From Basidiobolus meristosporus CBS 931.73 (Eukaryota > Fungi > Basidiobolomycota): a stretch of 64,000 bases of DNA. The DNA lies in assembly GCA_002104905.1 (NCBI GenBank), contig MCFE01000009.1, positions 124,001 to 188,000 of the forward strand, given 5' to 3'. Below are positions 12,255 through 25,901 of the stretch, piece after piece. A program made the translations under genes and the position numbers. The number at the start of each line of letters is the position of its first letter. Position 1 is the first letter of the stretch. The notes beneath the pieces were generated by a model, which did no database searches, was not told the DNA's origin, and worked only from the letters and a program-made list of their open reading frames with translations.

Positions 12255-12560
12255 CTACTCTTTGTTTATTTGGCCATTGTTTATTGAGATGATCTTTGTA
12301 CAATTACCATATTTAGTCGAATTGCACCGAAACTTTATTTCTTGCGCCAATAAGGTTCTGCCTTTAAAGATCACCCTTGGGTTTTCTCTCTGCACCACAC
12401 CTGTTTGGAGTTTCACTTTAAACACATACCCACCAAGTCTTGCGTATTTGGATGAACTCTCACAATTGCAGAACACATTGAACCCATTCATCCAAAAGAT
12501 AATTACCGGGTAGTTCTCTAGAGTGAGCGGATTACCTTCTGGATGATTAGCTCCCACGCT
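12255..12560 (-). pseudogene. Degenerate type C small secreted protein with an internal deletion
   Basis: NPLTLENYPVIIFWMNGFNVFCN matches the core start. The sequence then jumps to DNA homologous to the 3' end and flank of member 3. Confidence 0.55.
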
Positions 12561-13387
12561 TTGACCAATGGACATCCCGGAAACCAACCTAGGGGCTAAA
12601 TCGACGCCACCTAAAGCGATATGCTCTTACCTATCCTTGTACATTGAATATCAGAATGTATGCGAGTTGGTTGACAAAATTGGGGATCTTACAATGTCAC
12701 GCTTGATTTTCCATGGAATCTGAAGTACACCATTACTACCCACGCTGTACCCCTAGCATACGCAAAACTTCTATTGCGGTCGTAAAGATGGAGCTGGCTT
12801 CTTCACGATAAAAAATCCCCGGTCTAAGAATCCTTCACATCCACTGAATGAACTATTTCGAAACACCTAGTCTATATATTCAGATGTATATTGACTATTA
12901 TATGGAAGATTCCATGCTTTCGAAAGCACTAACCTCTGACAACGTGAGCATTCCTTTGCTGGGGTGAAGGAATGGATTTGATGGTTGATCACTGATCTCC
13001 AATGCTGTATATACCAGATTCTTAGAACCCCAAGGAATTAAAACGGTGTTAGCCTTATAGATAATGAACTTTCACATTATAAGGAGAATTGGTAATTGAT
13101 GGTCCCCTAGGTGGAAACCCAAAATAAGGCAGGAACCTACACCGCATAACTCGGTACTATTAGGTAATAGCACATTATCAGTAATCACAACGTTGGTTTC
13201 CCCCTTCCAGATTATCATAATTAGCTGGCAAACATATCTTCGAGGACCAACTTCAATACACCGTTACATACTTCAGTGAGGTAAATACATGATCATTACT
13301 CAGTTTCCATCTTTGGTTGAACTTCGTCAGAACTTTATTTCAGGAGGCAATAATATTTCTCCTACATAGGTCACTCGCGCATTTCCT

Positions 13388-13687
13388 CTACTTTCTGCAC
13401 CACACCTGCTTGGGGTGTCGCTTCAACCTGGCCAACGCCCGTTCAAGATCCTTCCTGTTGAAGTCCAGAGTGTAGCTTGGGGCATCCGCGAGACACCTCA
13501 ATGAAGTCTCGCATATGTAGGTGAGCACACCTCGATCGCAGAATACGTTGAAGCCATCCTTCCTGAAAATAATCCCTGGGTAGTTCTTTGGGGTGAATGG
13601 ATTTCTGCGTGGAGAATCCGCTTTCGCCCCTTGGCCAAGGCACAGTACGGATATAAAGATAAGCACTAAAGCGGAGATGTTCCTCAT
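13388..13687 (-). CDS. Small secreted protein, member 3 (type C), 99 aa
   Basis: Signal peptide, then ADSPRRNPFTPKNYPGIIF...FC...IC...CLADA...HPKQVWCRK. Confidence 0.85.
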   Translation of the reverse strand: MRNISALVLIFISVLCLGQGAKADSPRRNPFTPKNYPGIIFRKDGFNVFCDRGVLTYICETSLRCLADAPSYTLDFNRKDLERALARLKRHPKQVWCRK

Positions 13688-14654
13688 ACTGGAAGGTGGA
13701 ATGTTTGTCGAATGCTCGAAAGGCTGACCTTCTTTCTATATTTATGTGATTCTCAATAGCCTCATGGTGATGTGTTGGCTGATCTATTTGCTGGTCAAGC
13801 ATACATCGCCAAGGCAAATGAGAAGGGATTCGAGAGCTGAACTGGAAGGGTATAGCCTACAATTTAACGCCATCGTGAAGCGCTTAGTAATACCCGCTGA
13901 AAGACCTAGTCGTTAGTCATGCGCAGTTTAAGTTTTGGTGGATCCAATCAAAGAGCCTTTTAAGTGTGCCATCATCAGTGGGTGTAACTCAAACCCGATA
14001 ATCATTTAAAACGGCGCACTAAGTCACATATTCTGACCAATATAGTACACCTACTCCTACAGACCAACAGTTTCAAACCATTTCGCTTGCCATGTACTCA
14101 TGTGGCGCCTGGGTTCCAATTAGGTAGCAAAGGTGTACGCCTCCTTGGAAATTCAAGACCCATCATATGATGGGAAATCGAGGATCAGTAGAAATAGTGT
14201 ATAGTTGTTGGCAATATCTCCACAAGTATTGCTACTCTTCGGGTCCAATGGAATAGATCCTACGAGTGGGAAATCGAAATTCTCGCTGCTTTGTCATTAT
14301 TTTGCTTTATCTACCTCGGTTAGCCAATAGGTACTCAACTGGGAGAACTTTCTGGCATCTGAACAAGCAGATGGGTTGTAAGGTCAGTCATGGACCCCTA
14401 CCACTGTACGTATCATACTCCGGTGCGCACTATTCTAGAAAGCAGAAATGCCATTGGTCTATTCAGCATCTGTAGGTACGATCTATAGCCGATTTTATGA
14501 AATGTTGGAAATCCATCGAATGTGTTCTGTGGCTTTATTTTTGACATTGTGAACAGCATTCGCAGGTATTGATTGCACATTGGTATTGTATAATAGTATT
14601 GCTACATGATCCTGTCAATCATTCATCTTCACCATTCTCATCTGCCTTGCTATA

Positions 14655-14975
14655 TCAGTCCACTGAGTGTCTACATTTTCCCAGCTGCGGATTCTTCTTT
14701 ATTTCGGCAAGTAGCTCCTCGATCTTGCTCCTGTCATTCTCAAGGGTATAGCACCCTGCATCAGCTAGGCATTGGGCCGATGTCTCAACCAGGAAGATGA
14801 TGTATCCGTTGTAACAGACGGCACTTTTCCCGGCCTCGTTGAAGATGATTCCCGGGTAGTTTTGCGGAGTAAACGGATTGCTGGAAAAGTCGGAGCACTT
14901 TGTAGAGTACGAATTGGCCTCTCCGATTCTAACGATAGCAGCGCAAGCAGAGGCGAATGTCAAGAGATATTTCAT
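14655..14975 (-). CDS. Small secreted protein, member 4 (type B), 106 aa
   Basis: Close paralog of member 2 with an intact ORF and signal peptide. Confidence 0.85.
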   Translation of the reverse strand: MKYLLTFASACAAIVRIGEANSYSTKCSDFSSNPFTPQNYPGIIFNEAGKSAVCYNGYIIFLVETSAQCLADAGCYTLENDRSKIEELLAEIKKNPQLGKCRHSVD

Positions 14976-16558
14976 TTTTTGATGCTGTCATGGCAACGAT
15001 CTATTCCTTTTATCATGTTCATCAAGCTGTCATAGAGGATAGAGGTAGATGTACACCAGATGTTGTGATACGGAACTCCCTAATTCTGATATCCGGTTAT
15101 TTGAGCGGAAAATTTTTTCTTCCGGCTGCTTTAATATACGGACCCATGAGGTGATATGCGGTTTTCATTTCCCACTATTCTGTTCACATCACTGGCTTTG
15201 AGCGATGTACTTGGGCTTAGCTTAGTAGAAGACTCAAATTTTACCCACACTTGTACCACCAGCTTAATAGGGGCCCGGCAGAAATGAAGACTAGTCGTTG
15301 CTCTAACCAGTTTAAAGTGATTGTTCCTATTTCATCAATGATGTATGCATCTAAATCTTTATCCTGGTGTAACATAATCGAGTTTAATGGTATAAAGCTA
15401 CATCTCCTCAGGCTGGTGAGTATATTTGGGCTACACAAAACTGAGCCCTGGTTCTTCATCCCCATTGAGATACCAATCAAGGCTATAGTATCCACTGTCT
15501 TGGGAATAGGATATGGTTTACCATAAAGAGGTCAGATTTACTCGTCAACTCTTTATCGATTATGGTTGCCTGTTTCAGTCAGAATCATCATGATTAGTAG
15601 GTTGGTATATCCTGTTCTCTATGTACTCTAGTACTATTAAATCTTGACCAAATTTCTAATTTAGGTTATTCAGAACACCGATGATTTCTAGATTAGCATT
15701 CTCAGTTGAAATTTGCCAGCTGGTAAGAGGTGAATTTAGAACCTAATGGAAACAGAATGCCAACCTTATGACAGAGTAATTTATAATCATTCTCACAGCT
15801 TGGTACGATTCAGGGCAAAATAAAGTTTGAGACACTGCACCAATGAATCAACTGAGATATTGCAGGCTATTTTAAGATTATTAATACATGTATAGGATCT
15901 CGAAAACCGTTGACTATACATGTATATACATTGGTGAGTTATTTCTGATCCAATAGATTTCTCGTCCATCCCACTACGCTCTTTGTCACTAACCATATTT
16001 GGTACGTAGGCGCACGCTCAGTTACCAGTAGCAGTGTCAATATTTATTGAAATCTTGGGATCTATGTGGGCTGTGTTTCTAAAGTGAAACCTCTGATCAC
16101 CAGTTCCAGGAATCTATCTGAGTGGCAAGGATTGGAGTACTAAACAATCGCTTTATTGCAGACATTACTTATCGATATTTGTTACATAAGCTTATTGTAT
16201 AGGTTCACTCAGTGTTCACATTTCCCCAACTAACCCTAACCCAACAGATATATTACCATATATCGTCGTTTCCACCTCCCTTCCCCCCCAAAAAAAAATA
16301 CCTACAACTGGACACCACTCCTGCTTTAACGTTGAAAGTCAGGCAAAATTTATTCACCTTCCAGCGTATTATTGATCAGGGAGCTTTTCATATTCCACTA
16401 CCCTGGAACTTCATAAATTTTCATCGGTTTCAGCCATCCGATGAATACCTTACAGGCAAAGCTCTTCCATAGATAAACAGATTTATTCTGGTTAAATAAT
16501 TTTAGAGCTCTCTTCAATATGGCTGAACAGAAATTTTCAATAACTTTGGACTAGTTCG

Positions 16559-16927
16559 TCAAGGCGATACCTCACTTTGCGAATCTGACGTTGCGTCGCC
16601 TGGTCTGGATGGAGGCCATATTACCTGATTCGAGGACCTGCAGTAAACATCGTTAGGGTTTCTCTTCAACCTGTCCAACAGTCTTCGTAGTCTTCTCCAG
16701 TCTTTGTCCACAATGTAGGCGGGAGCATCCGCTGGGCATTGCAGTTGTGTCTCGCATATAAAGATCACTTGTCCACGATTACAGAATGCAAGAATCCCAT
16801 GCTGTCTGAAGATGATTCCTGGATAGTTTCTCGGTGTAAACGGATGACGGCGTGAGGAATTCTCCTGCGCCCCCACGACAAAGAGCATGGCGATACAAGC
16901 AAGTAGCAATGTCAAGATATACTTCAT
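16559..16927 (-). CDS. Small secreted protein, member 5 (type A) with a 26-aa read-through C-terminal extension
   Basis: Nearly identical to member 1, but TGC-TGA is TGC-AGG here, so translation runs into the former 3' flank. Confidence 0.8.
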   Translation of the reverse strand: MKYILTLLLACIAMLFVVGAQENSSRRHPFTPRNYPGIIFRQHGILAFCNRGQVIFICETQLQCPADAPAYIVDKDWRRLRRLLDRLKRNPNDVYCRSSNQVIWPPSRPGDATSDSQSEVSP

Positions 16928-19597
16928 TTTAGAAGTTTAGGTGATGGTCAGTGAGAACGCTTCTGAAAGCGGCTCTTTTAAGGCTTTTGCGGTAAGCTAG
17001 CTCTGGAAAAAGCAGTGTTCGAGCCCTAAAGGTCATGAAACATGGCGCTGTGAGTTCGTGACTTGTTATTCAACCCATTCGCACAACGACGCCAGGAATT
17101 TTTCACCAAATCAGAAAGGATACTGGATGTGGTGCTCAGAAACTCTTGTGATTTTAGACTGCTGACACACGATAGAAACATCAGTAGTCCATTACTGGCT
17201 CAGCTCAGGCGCTCATTTTCCTTGTAAGGACAATTTCTAGAGTCTCTTCATCTAACGATAATATATTTAGTAGCCAGTGTTAACTTTCATGGAGTGAGTA
17301 AGCTGTAATACTCCAATTGGGTCCTTGACAATGAGGCTTGCGACATGCTAGGTCATCAACAAGCAAGCACCCTGATCACAAACGAGGATACTGAATTGGA
17401 CATGCACTGGACTAGGGAAGAGGGACTCCGAGCAGATCTGTAGACCGAAGCGTATCTTAAACTCTAATCGACCCAAATATGGTGCACCTCACAAAATTAC
17501 CAAGGGACTAGATGCCTAGGAGAAGCTGAATGCCCCATGGTAATTGTGCTCAAGAACCTAAAGAAATATAAGCTTAAATTGGGTTTTACCGCCTTGCGCC
17601 CACATCTGATTCATACTTGATGGTGCTACCACCGACACAGAATGTCTCAGTTTCAGATACTCGCTACCGAATCTCTTCAGGGGCGACAATTTGTAACCAT
17701 TTTGATAGAATATTTCCGGTCAAGTCATAACATTCACGTATTTCATTGTCTTACATGGCTGCGCCAATATGAGCACATCGTCGATCACCGTTAGCAATGT
17801 CATCAATGTGATTAGTTAGCAGCCATGCTCAAGGCGTATCCGATTGCACTGCACTTGGTAGGGTGAACTCCGTTCAAGTATGTGATTCTATGTTGCGCCA
17901 TATATATGTATGCTATTGGGGTTGATTTGGAATCATGATCTGTCAACAGCTAGCGTGGCGATGAAAGAATTCGATTCATTAGAGGTGCACATTTTGGCTC
18001 TAATGCTATGAAAACTGATTTACGATCATCTTCAGTTAATGGATGGTGTAGTACACATCAATACATTAAAGACGCGTTGCTCAGACACTATAGTACATAT
18101 CAACATTTCCACTAGCAGCAGGTCTCGACTCTCATATAGCATTATGATCCTCATATTTCATGAAAACACCTTGTCAAACAGTCTTACCAGATCAGTAAGA
18201 TACCACTTAGCTTGGATTGCGGTAATGAATCCTAGTAGTACTAAGCAGAACTATTAAATCTCATAGTATCATCTGTTGTATTAGAAAAACATTGGCTAAT
18301 TTATTTGAGACTTTTCAGGAATGGGTATCCTGCTGACGTACAGTAGATGTACTGTTCGTTTGCTGCCCAGTGGACGTAAGTGAGCCTGAAGAACTTCTGT
18401 TTTCAAGTGTCATCCATGGTCTCTCGTCGAATAGGTAGACTGCAGCGGAATAATTGGTTGTTTGCAGAAAGGAGGCTTATGATATCGCTCCACTTCGTCC
18501 AAGGATGACCATATCTCCTTTGGAAACGTTAAGAATAGTTCGAACCTTGCAACCCAAGTGCATGGTATGCTGAGTAGGCCACTAGGTATGTTGAGCTTGC
18601 TACTAGTGACTCATGCATTCTGGCTCCTAGTTTTGCCAACCAACTCTCATCCATTCAAATGCTCAATGGATTGATACCATATAGTACAGTGACTAAACCG
18701 CCTCAATCATATCAACCGGCACAGCCATTGGTCACTCCATTGATATACCTTCTGAAGCAACCTTCCCCCCTACCTTGAGTTTGACTTACTAACGGATAAT
18801 TTGTATTTTATAAGGGAATTCTCGGTCCAGAAATTATCAGTTAGCTGAGGTTGGAAACAGCGTTGCTAAGATGTTGAATAAACTATTTTGCACCACATAG
18901 GACATGTATCTAGGAGTATACTCACTGTGAGATGGGAGATTCTACGCTCAAAGAAGCATTATCCTCTTCCCCCCCCCAACAACAACAACAACCAATGGAG
19001 CCCGGGTTTTTGGTAAGCACTCCTAAGCGAGAATGAACGAATGAATTACCAATGCTGTATGTTTCATACATTGGTCTACTAGAATTCCGTAGAATGGAAA
19101 TAGCGTAAGCCCAACAGATATCTGACTTACATGACACCAGAAGCCTATTTCCCCGCTTACCAAGAAAGTTCTTGAGCAACCAGAGGGTGGTGTGTATACA
19201 GCCATTAATATAAATATAGCAGGATTGTTTTCCCAGTCTTCAATTACATTTGGTATAGTCAGATTGATATTTTCGGGCTAGGTAAAGCGGTACTACACAC
19301 CTTGCTTCATCATGAATAGTTCCTGACCAACCACGTGGTTGGTTGTGGATAGAAAAACAGCATTACACTGATTTCTCTGCCGCATAATTAATAATGTAAC
19401 ATCAGCTATAATAACAATGGCATCGACTGATTAGATGACGAGTGCGTCTGTGGCGAACACTTTTAGTCCACCATTACATATCTCAGTGAGGCAAATACAT
19501 GATCATTACTCAGTTTCCATCTTTGGTTGAACTTCGTCAGAACTTTATTTCAGGAGGCAATAGCCTTTCTCCTACAAAGATCACTCGCGCATCTCCT

Positions 19598-19897
19598 CTA
19601 CTTTCTGCACCACACCTGCTTGGGGTGTCGCTTCAACCTGGCCAACGCCCGCTCAAGATCCTTCCTGTTGAAGTCCAGAGTATAGCTTGGGGCATCCGCG
19701 AGACACCTCAATGAAGTCTCGCATATGTAGGTGAGCACACCTCGATCGCAGAATACGTTGAAGCCATCCTTCCTGAAGATAATCCCTGGGTAGTTCTTTG
19801 GGGTGAATGGATTTCTGCGTGGAGAATCCGCTTTCGCCCCTTGGCCAAGGCACAGTACAGATATAAAGATAAGCGCTAGAGCGAAGATGTTCCTCAT
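19598..19897 (-). CDS. Small secreted protein, member 6 (type C), 99 aa
   Basis: The mature part is identical to member 3; only two signal-peptide residues differ. Confidence 0.85.
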   Translation of the reverse strand: MRNIFALALIFISVLCLGQGAKADSPRRNPFTPKNYPGIIFRKDGFNVFCDRGVLTYICETSLRCLADAPSYTLDFNRKDLERALARLKRHPKQVWCRK

Positions 19898-20870
19898 ACT
19901 GGAAGGTAGAATGGTTTTCGAATACTCGAAAGGCTGACCTTCTTTCTATATTTATGTGGTTCTCAATAGCCTCATGGTGATGTGTTGGCTGATCTATTTG
20001 CTGCTCAAGCATACATCGCCAAGGCAAATGAGAAGGGATTCGAGAGCTGAACTGGAAGGGTATAGCCTACGATTTAACGTCAAAGTATAGTGGAGCACCT
20101 AGGAACACTCTCTATAAGACTTGGCCATTAATCACACATACTTCAAGCACTGGTATATCCAATAGAAAGGCCTCACATTGGTGTCATCGTAAGTGGGGCG
20201 TAATACAAAAATAACCTCCATACTAAGGATCACATAAGGTTTTCTATTGTGACCGATTGGAGACCTCTAATTCTACGACCCAACAGTTTCAAACCATTTC
20301 GCTTGCCATGTACTAATGTGGCGCCTGGGTTCCAATTAGATAGCAAGGGTGTACGCCTCCTTAGAAATTCAAGACCCATCATATGATGGGAAATCGAGGA
20401 TCAGTAGAAATAGTGTATAGTTGTTGGTAATATCTCCACAAGTATTGCTACTCTTCGGGTCCAATGGAATAGATCCTACGAGTGGGAAATCGAAATTCTT
20501 GCTGCTTTGTCACTATTTTGCTTTATCTGCCTCGGTTAGCCAATGGTTACTCAACTGGGAGAACTTGCTGGCATCTGAACAAGCAGATGGGTTGTAAGGT
20601 CAGTCATGGACCCCTACCACTGTACGTATCATACTCCGGTGCGCACTATTCTAGAAAGCAGAAATGCCAGTGGTCTATTCAGCATCTGTAGATACGGTCT
20701 ATAGCCGATTTTATGAAATGTTAGAAATCCATCGAATGTGTTCTGTGGCATTATTTCTGACATTGTGAACAGCACTCGCAGGTATTGATTGCGCATTGGT
20801 ATTGTATAATAGTATTGCTACACGACCCTGTCAACCATTCATCTCCACCATTCTCATCTGCCTTGCTATA

Positions 20871-21191
20871 TCAGTCCACTGAGTGTCTACATTTTCCCAG
20901 CTGCGGATTCTTCTTTATTTCGGCAAGTAGCTCCTCGATCTTGCCCCTGTCATTCTCAAGGGTATAGCACCCTGCATCAGCTAGGCATTGAGCTGATGCC
21001 TCAACCAGGAAGATAATGTATCCGTTGTAACAGACGGCACTTTTCCCGGCCTTGTTGAAGATGATTCCCGGGTAGTTTTGCGGAGTAAACAGACTGCTAG
21101 AAGAGTCAGGGCACTTGGTAGATTACAGCTTGACTTCTCCAACTGTAGTAAGGATAGTACAAGCAGCGATGAATGTCAAGGAAAATTTCAT
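20871..21191 (-). pseudogene. Type B small secreted protein with a premature TAA at codon 23
   Basis: Manual translation MKFSLTFIAACTILTTVGEVKL*STKCPDSSSSLFTPQNYPGIIF...GKCRHSVD*. Same 321-nt length as member 4. The stop lies at 21123-21125. Confidence 0.85.
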
Positions 21192-23305
21192 TTTCTGATG
21201 CTAACATGATGTCGATTTGTTCCTTTTATTGGGTCTTCCTGGTGGTCCCAGAGATACATGCACACTAAATGCTTCAACACAGAACCCCCTGATTCGAATT
21301 CCCAGTGGTAGATGATTTTCTTCAGTTGTACTAATATGCGGATACTTCTATAAGAGGGGTGGGTTTGGAGTGTGACGTTTGTTTACCCGATATTCTGTTC
21401 TCACCAATAGCTTCTAAGTAAATTTACTGGCAGCTGTACTACCGACGCAATAGGAGCTTGGCAGAAATGAACATTATTCAGTATACCAACCGGTTTAGTA
21501 TCATTACACTTCCTTTACCATATGCCCCTAGACTCTATGGAGGGTTCAATGATCAGGCCCATGCCCCCGTCATTCAATAGAGCTAGAAGACCTCGTCACT
21601 TGACGTTGTGTGTGGTTAGACCATATGAATCATCAGCAGTATGCTTAGTAGGGGTAAAATATTCGCTGTCTTGGGAACATGGATATGATTCAGCTTCTAT
21701 TTGATGCGATCAGATATACTCATTCACCATTCATGATGAGAATTTCCAACCTGGAATCTTTGCTGGGATAAAATCATGTGCTGCCAATTTTGTTAGAAAG
21801 ACAGTGTTTTGACATCATAACTGGTGAATGAAATTTTGCATGGGGACCTAAATGAAGGGACATAATTGAATACAGTTCCTAACCTTGTAGATTTTATTCA
21901 GGTTGGATTTTTGCTGATATTAATACGGTACTCTGATGTAGTATAGTGACTACCTTATATTGATAGTACAACTTTTGTTACACAGGTACCAATCCAAGAA
22001 GTGAGCGGAACTTGGAATCTGGTTGAAATTAGATTCTGGTGACAGAAGGCAATTGGTAATTAGCTATTACATCTCCAGTCTGGTACACATTCAGAATGGA
22101 ATAAGTTTTGAGGCTGGATAGCACTGGGCCTGCTAGGGCAATACAGACCACAAATGATATTTAGAGCTTTCTGTAGGCATGTGTTGCTGGGTATCTAATT
22201 TTCTAACAGCAATTTTTCATGAAAATTGGTAGGGCATATATCTTTTGACATGGGTGATCATACTTGGGACATGGATATTTTTAGGTACATGAATGTGTCG
22301 ACTATCCGTATTTCAAGTTGCTCCAAGCGCACTCTTCCCAGTATAAGTGAACTGTTGAAACCTACCTATTTCAGAATACCCACTTTAACTCTATTCATAC
22401 CTGGTATAAAGATGCACACAGTTACCACAATAGTGTTGAGACCATGATCCTTGGATAGTTTGGCTGATTGAACGAATGGCTGCAAGGTTCAGTGATGAAT
22501 GTCAGGAGAGGCTTCCTTTTCGGACGTCGACTATCCAAAGCAGAATTTGTGAAACATCTCCCTCAATGTATAAGTGTTCCGTGCTGATTTTACAGCGGCA
22601 TTAATATGAGGGCACTTCCAACTATTACCGGGTTCTTTTCTAGACATATCAATAGACCTTTATTCATGCGCTATTTGATTCGGGCCCTCTTCTATAAGCA
22701 CGCTGATCGCCAAGAACTTTCCAGTTGAATGTTCGTGTAGGGCTTGAAGTGTAATGGGCAATAGACTGGCACATCAAGCTATATGATATATCACTTTCAT
22801 TGGCTTTACCTTTACCTTTCTTCCAGCGTGATCGATACTTGGCCACATGGTTTGCAACCGATTCTTATCCAATGACTACAATGAATAAGAAACCATACCC
22901 CCCACTCGCCTCCTCCAAGATAGCCATAACAGGATTGATTTGACATTCAAACATTAATAATCAGTCAGGATATTGTCCTTACGGCGCATTAAAGCTCAAT
23001 GACGTCCTTGTATACTATATTTTTATCATTCATTGGAAAGGCCTGCTACACTGGAACGTTGGGAACTTCAATCGACTTTGTATGTCCCGTTTCCGCCGGA
23101 AACAACCTCAGAGTAACCCAATGAAAGATATTTTCAAGCAATAGATGTATTTATTCTGGTTACATTATTTACTATCTCATCACAGAATAGCCGAATAGAG
23201 ATAGCATACATACTTTGACTGGTTTGACAGGATGAGAATCTGACACAAACGCAATCTCACCTACCTAGATGGAGGCTAGGTTACCTCCTTGGTGGACTCG
23301 ACTCC

Positions 23306-23596
23306 TTAACAGTAGGCATCGTTAGGGTTTCTCTTCAACCAGCCCAACAGTCTTTGAAGTGATCTCCGGTCTGTACCCACGATGTAGGTGAGAGCATCAG
23401 CTGGGCATCGCAACGACGTCTCACATATAAAGATGACCTGTCCACGATAACAGAAGGCAATAATCCCATTCTGTTTGAAGATAATTCTTGGGTAGTTTCT
23501 CGGTGTGAACGGATGGCGACGTGAGGAATTTTCCTGCGCCCCTACGACAAAAAGCATGGTGGTACATCCAAGAAGCAGTGTTGGGATATACTTCAT
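23306..23596 (-). CDS. Small secreted protein, member 8 (type A), 96 aa
   Basis: Paralog of members 1 and 5 with an intact ORF and signal peptide. Confidence 0.8.
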   Translation of the reverse strand: MKYIPTLLLGCTTMLFVVGAQENSSRRHPFTPRNYPRIIFKQNGIIAFCYRGQVIFICETSLRCPADALTYIVGTDRRSLQRLLGWLKRNPNDAYC

Positions 23597-24465
23597 TTCA
23601 GGATTTTAACTGATAGTCGGTGGGAACTGGGGCATAGTGCTCTAAGCATTTGGGTCGTGAAACATGGCGTTGTGAGTCCGTGAGTTGTCATCCAACCTAT
23701 TTGGTCAGCAAAGCAATCTGTTCCCGAATTAGAAACGGTACTATACATGGTGTTCAGAAACTTTTGCGAGTTTAAACCGCTGACGTACCGCAGAAACATC
23801 CCCTGTTCATCACTAGCTCAGTGTGGGCGCACATTCTCCTTGAAAAGATAGTCTCCAGGGCCTTTTCATCTAGTGGGATTTTATTTAATGGCCCGCATGT
23901 GGATTTCCATTGGATGATTAAAATACGGTATTCTATTTGGGTCCTTGACAAAGGAGGCTTAGGACACGTTGGGTCATCGAATGACAAATACTCAGCAAAT
24001 ATGTTGTATTGTACATATGTATGGTTAAGGGGGGTTAGAGCAGTCCTGAAGGTCATAATGTAAAGTAGCCGAAAGACTACATTCGCTACGGCAATTGAGT
24101 TCTTGGTCTTAAAGAGATATAAGCTCAAGTGAGGTTTCACCGCAGCACTGTCTCACAGGGTAGGACCAGTATGATCATCATTGGCACGTAGCCATGCTCA
24201 ATGTGTATTCGATTACACTGAGCTTAGTAGTGTGAACTCCGCTCAAAGATGTGATTTTATATTGCAATATGGATATAATCATGCTATGTGGATTGATTTG
24301 CAATCTCGATTGATTAGAAACGCGGTTTCAGTTAGATGTGGGCGGATAGATTGGGAAAGACAACAATAGATTTGCAAATTTTGAGTGGATATCGGAAAAT
24401 TTTACTGACTTTGATGCAACTATATCCCAACGTTGCAAACAACGCGGGGATATAGCGCTATCTCC

Positions 24466-24756
24466 TCAGCAGTACACATCATCAGGGTTTCTCTTCAACC
24501 TGTTCAAAAGCCTTTCGAGTCTTTCATGGTCATTCTCTAAGGGGTAGCCTGGAGCATCGGCTGGACATTGCAACGCAGTCTCACATATGAAGGTGACTTG
24601 TCCGCGATAACAAAAGGCGAGAATTCCGTGCTGCCTGAAGATAATTCTTGGATAGTTTTCAGGAGTGAATGGATTCCGGGGTGGTGAATCGGCTTGTGCA
24701 CCACTTAAACTAAGTACAGCGATACAAGCAAGTATAAATGGGATGATGTATCTTAT
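24466..24756 (-). pseudogene. Small secreted protein, member 9: intact 96-codon frame but start codon is ATA (absent from the ORF track)
   Basis: Manual translation IRYIIPFILACIAVLSLSGAQADSPPRNPFTPENYPRIIFRQHGILAFCYRGQVTFICETALQCPADAPGYPLENDHERLERLLNRLKRNPDDVYC*. Confidence 0.75.
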
Positions 24757-25901
24757 GTTTAGAAATTGGGGTGAATGTCTATGGAAGGCTTCTGAGCGAG
24801 TCTATTTTGGAGTTTACGGTATATCAGCTTAGGTGGATGACCGGGTGGTCATGAAACATGGCGTTGTAGTATCGAGTAGAACCATCTATCGTGTTAAAAA
24901 AAGCATTGGCTCCTGCGTACGAAATTGGGTGAGAATAACTACCTTGCAAACATTTAGTAAGTGTACCGCCAATATGCTTCCCAATGGGCGCAAGTGAGTC
25001 GGAAGTACTTCTGTTTTGAAGGGCCACCCGTGAGCTTTCATCGAATAGGCAGATTGGAACAGGGTAATTGGGTGTTGGAGATAGCAAGCTTGTGACATAA
25101 CGGATGCCAAGTCACCAATATTTAAGCACTTAAAGGAACGGGGATTTTACCCAAAGCTTTGCCCGATTAAGGAAGAATTTAGAAACAATGTATACAATAT
25201 ATAATCTGAATATATCTGTCAACCAAGTCTCATAGACATCTGGTGAAGGACATACGGTATAGTATGCACGATATGGCAGCTTAATATAGGATCATGTATA
25301 TATGAATGATGAGAGATGCTTCCAGCGCGTGCTGATTGAGTGTGAAAGGGCCATGTCTTGACTTTTTCCAAGAATGACAATCTCTCTCATGGGAACGCTC
25401 GGCACGGCTTGGATCCTACGACCAAAGAGATATACACCCTGAATAGGTTACTGCCTATTATGTTGAACCTACAACTAGTGGCCCTAACATTTTGGGCCGA
25501 TCTTGCTCACTGCGGAATCTCGAAATATTATCAACCAACTTCTAAAATCATTCTTTCCAAAGCTCAACGTATGGATACCGCGTATAGTAGAAAAACACTG
25601 TACCAATAACATCAACCGCGGTGATCATTGGTTGTTCCTTCCATTGCATACCGAGTGGAATACTGGTTTCCCCTACCTCCACGTGTATATGTTATATATT
25701 TATCTTTTAAAGGAGAGCAAATGGCTGCCTGGCTTTTCACTCAATAAACATGAACGATGGTTAGTCACTTCATGGGTGCAAGGATCAAGCGTTTATTCAA
25801 AGGGAGACTAGGTTTGGCCAGTACGGCACATCACGTATAATGGTCTTCAATATTGTTGGTATGTCGTGGATTTGACGGAGAGCCAGACCACCTAGATAAA
25901 T

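Noticed and set aside
13443-20027. 124-aa overlapping ORFs (13443-13817 and 19653-20027)
   Set aside because: They are off-frame overlaps of type C genes, conserved only because of the recent duplication, and carry no recognisable motif.
21700-22200. CpG-poor segment considered as a Crypton or other transposon relic
   Set aside because: Motif matches were too weak to support a call.
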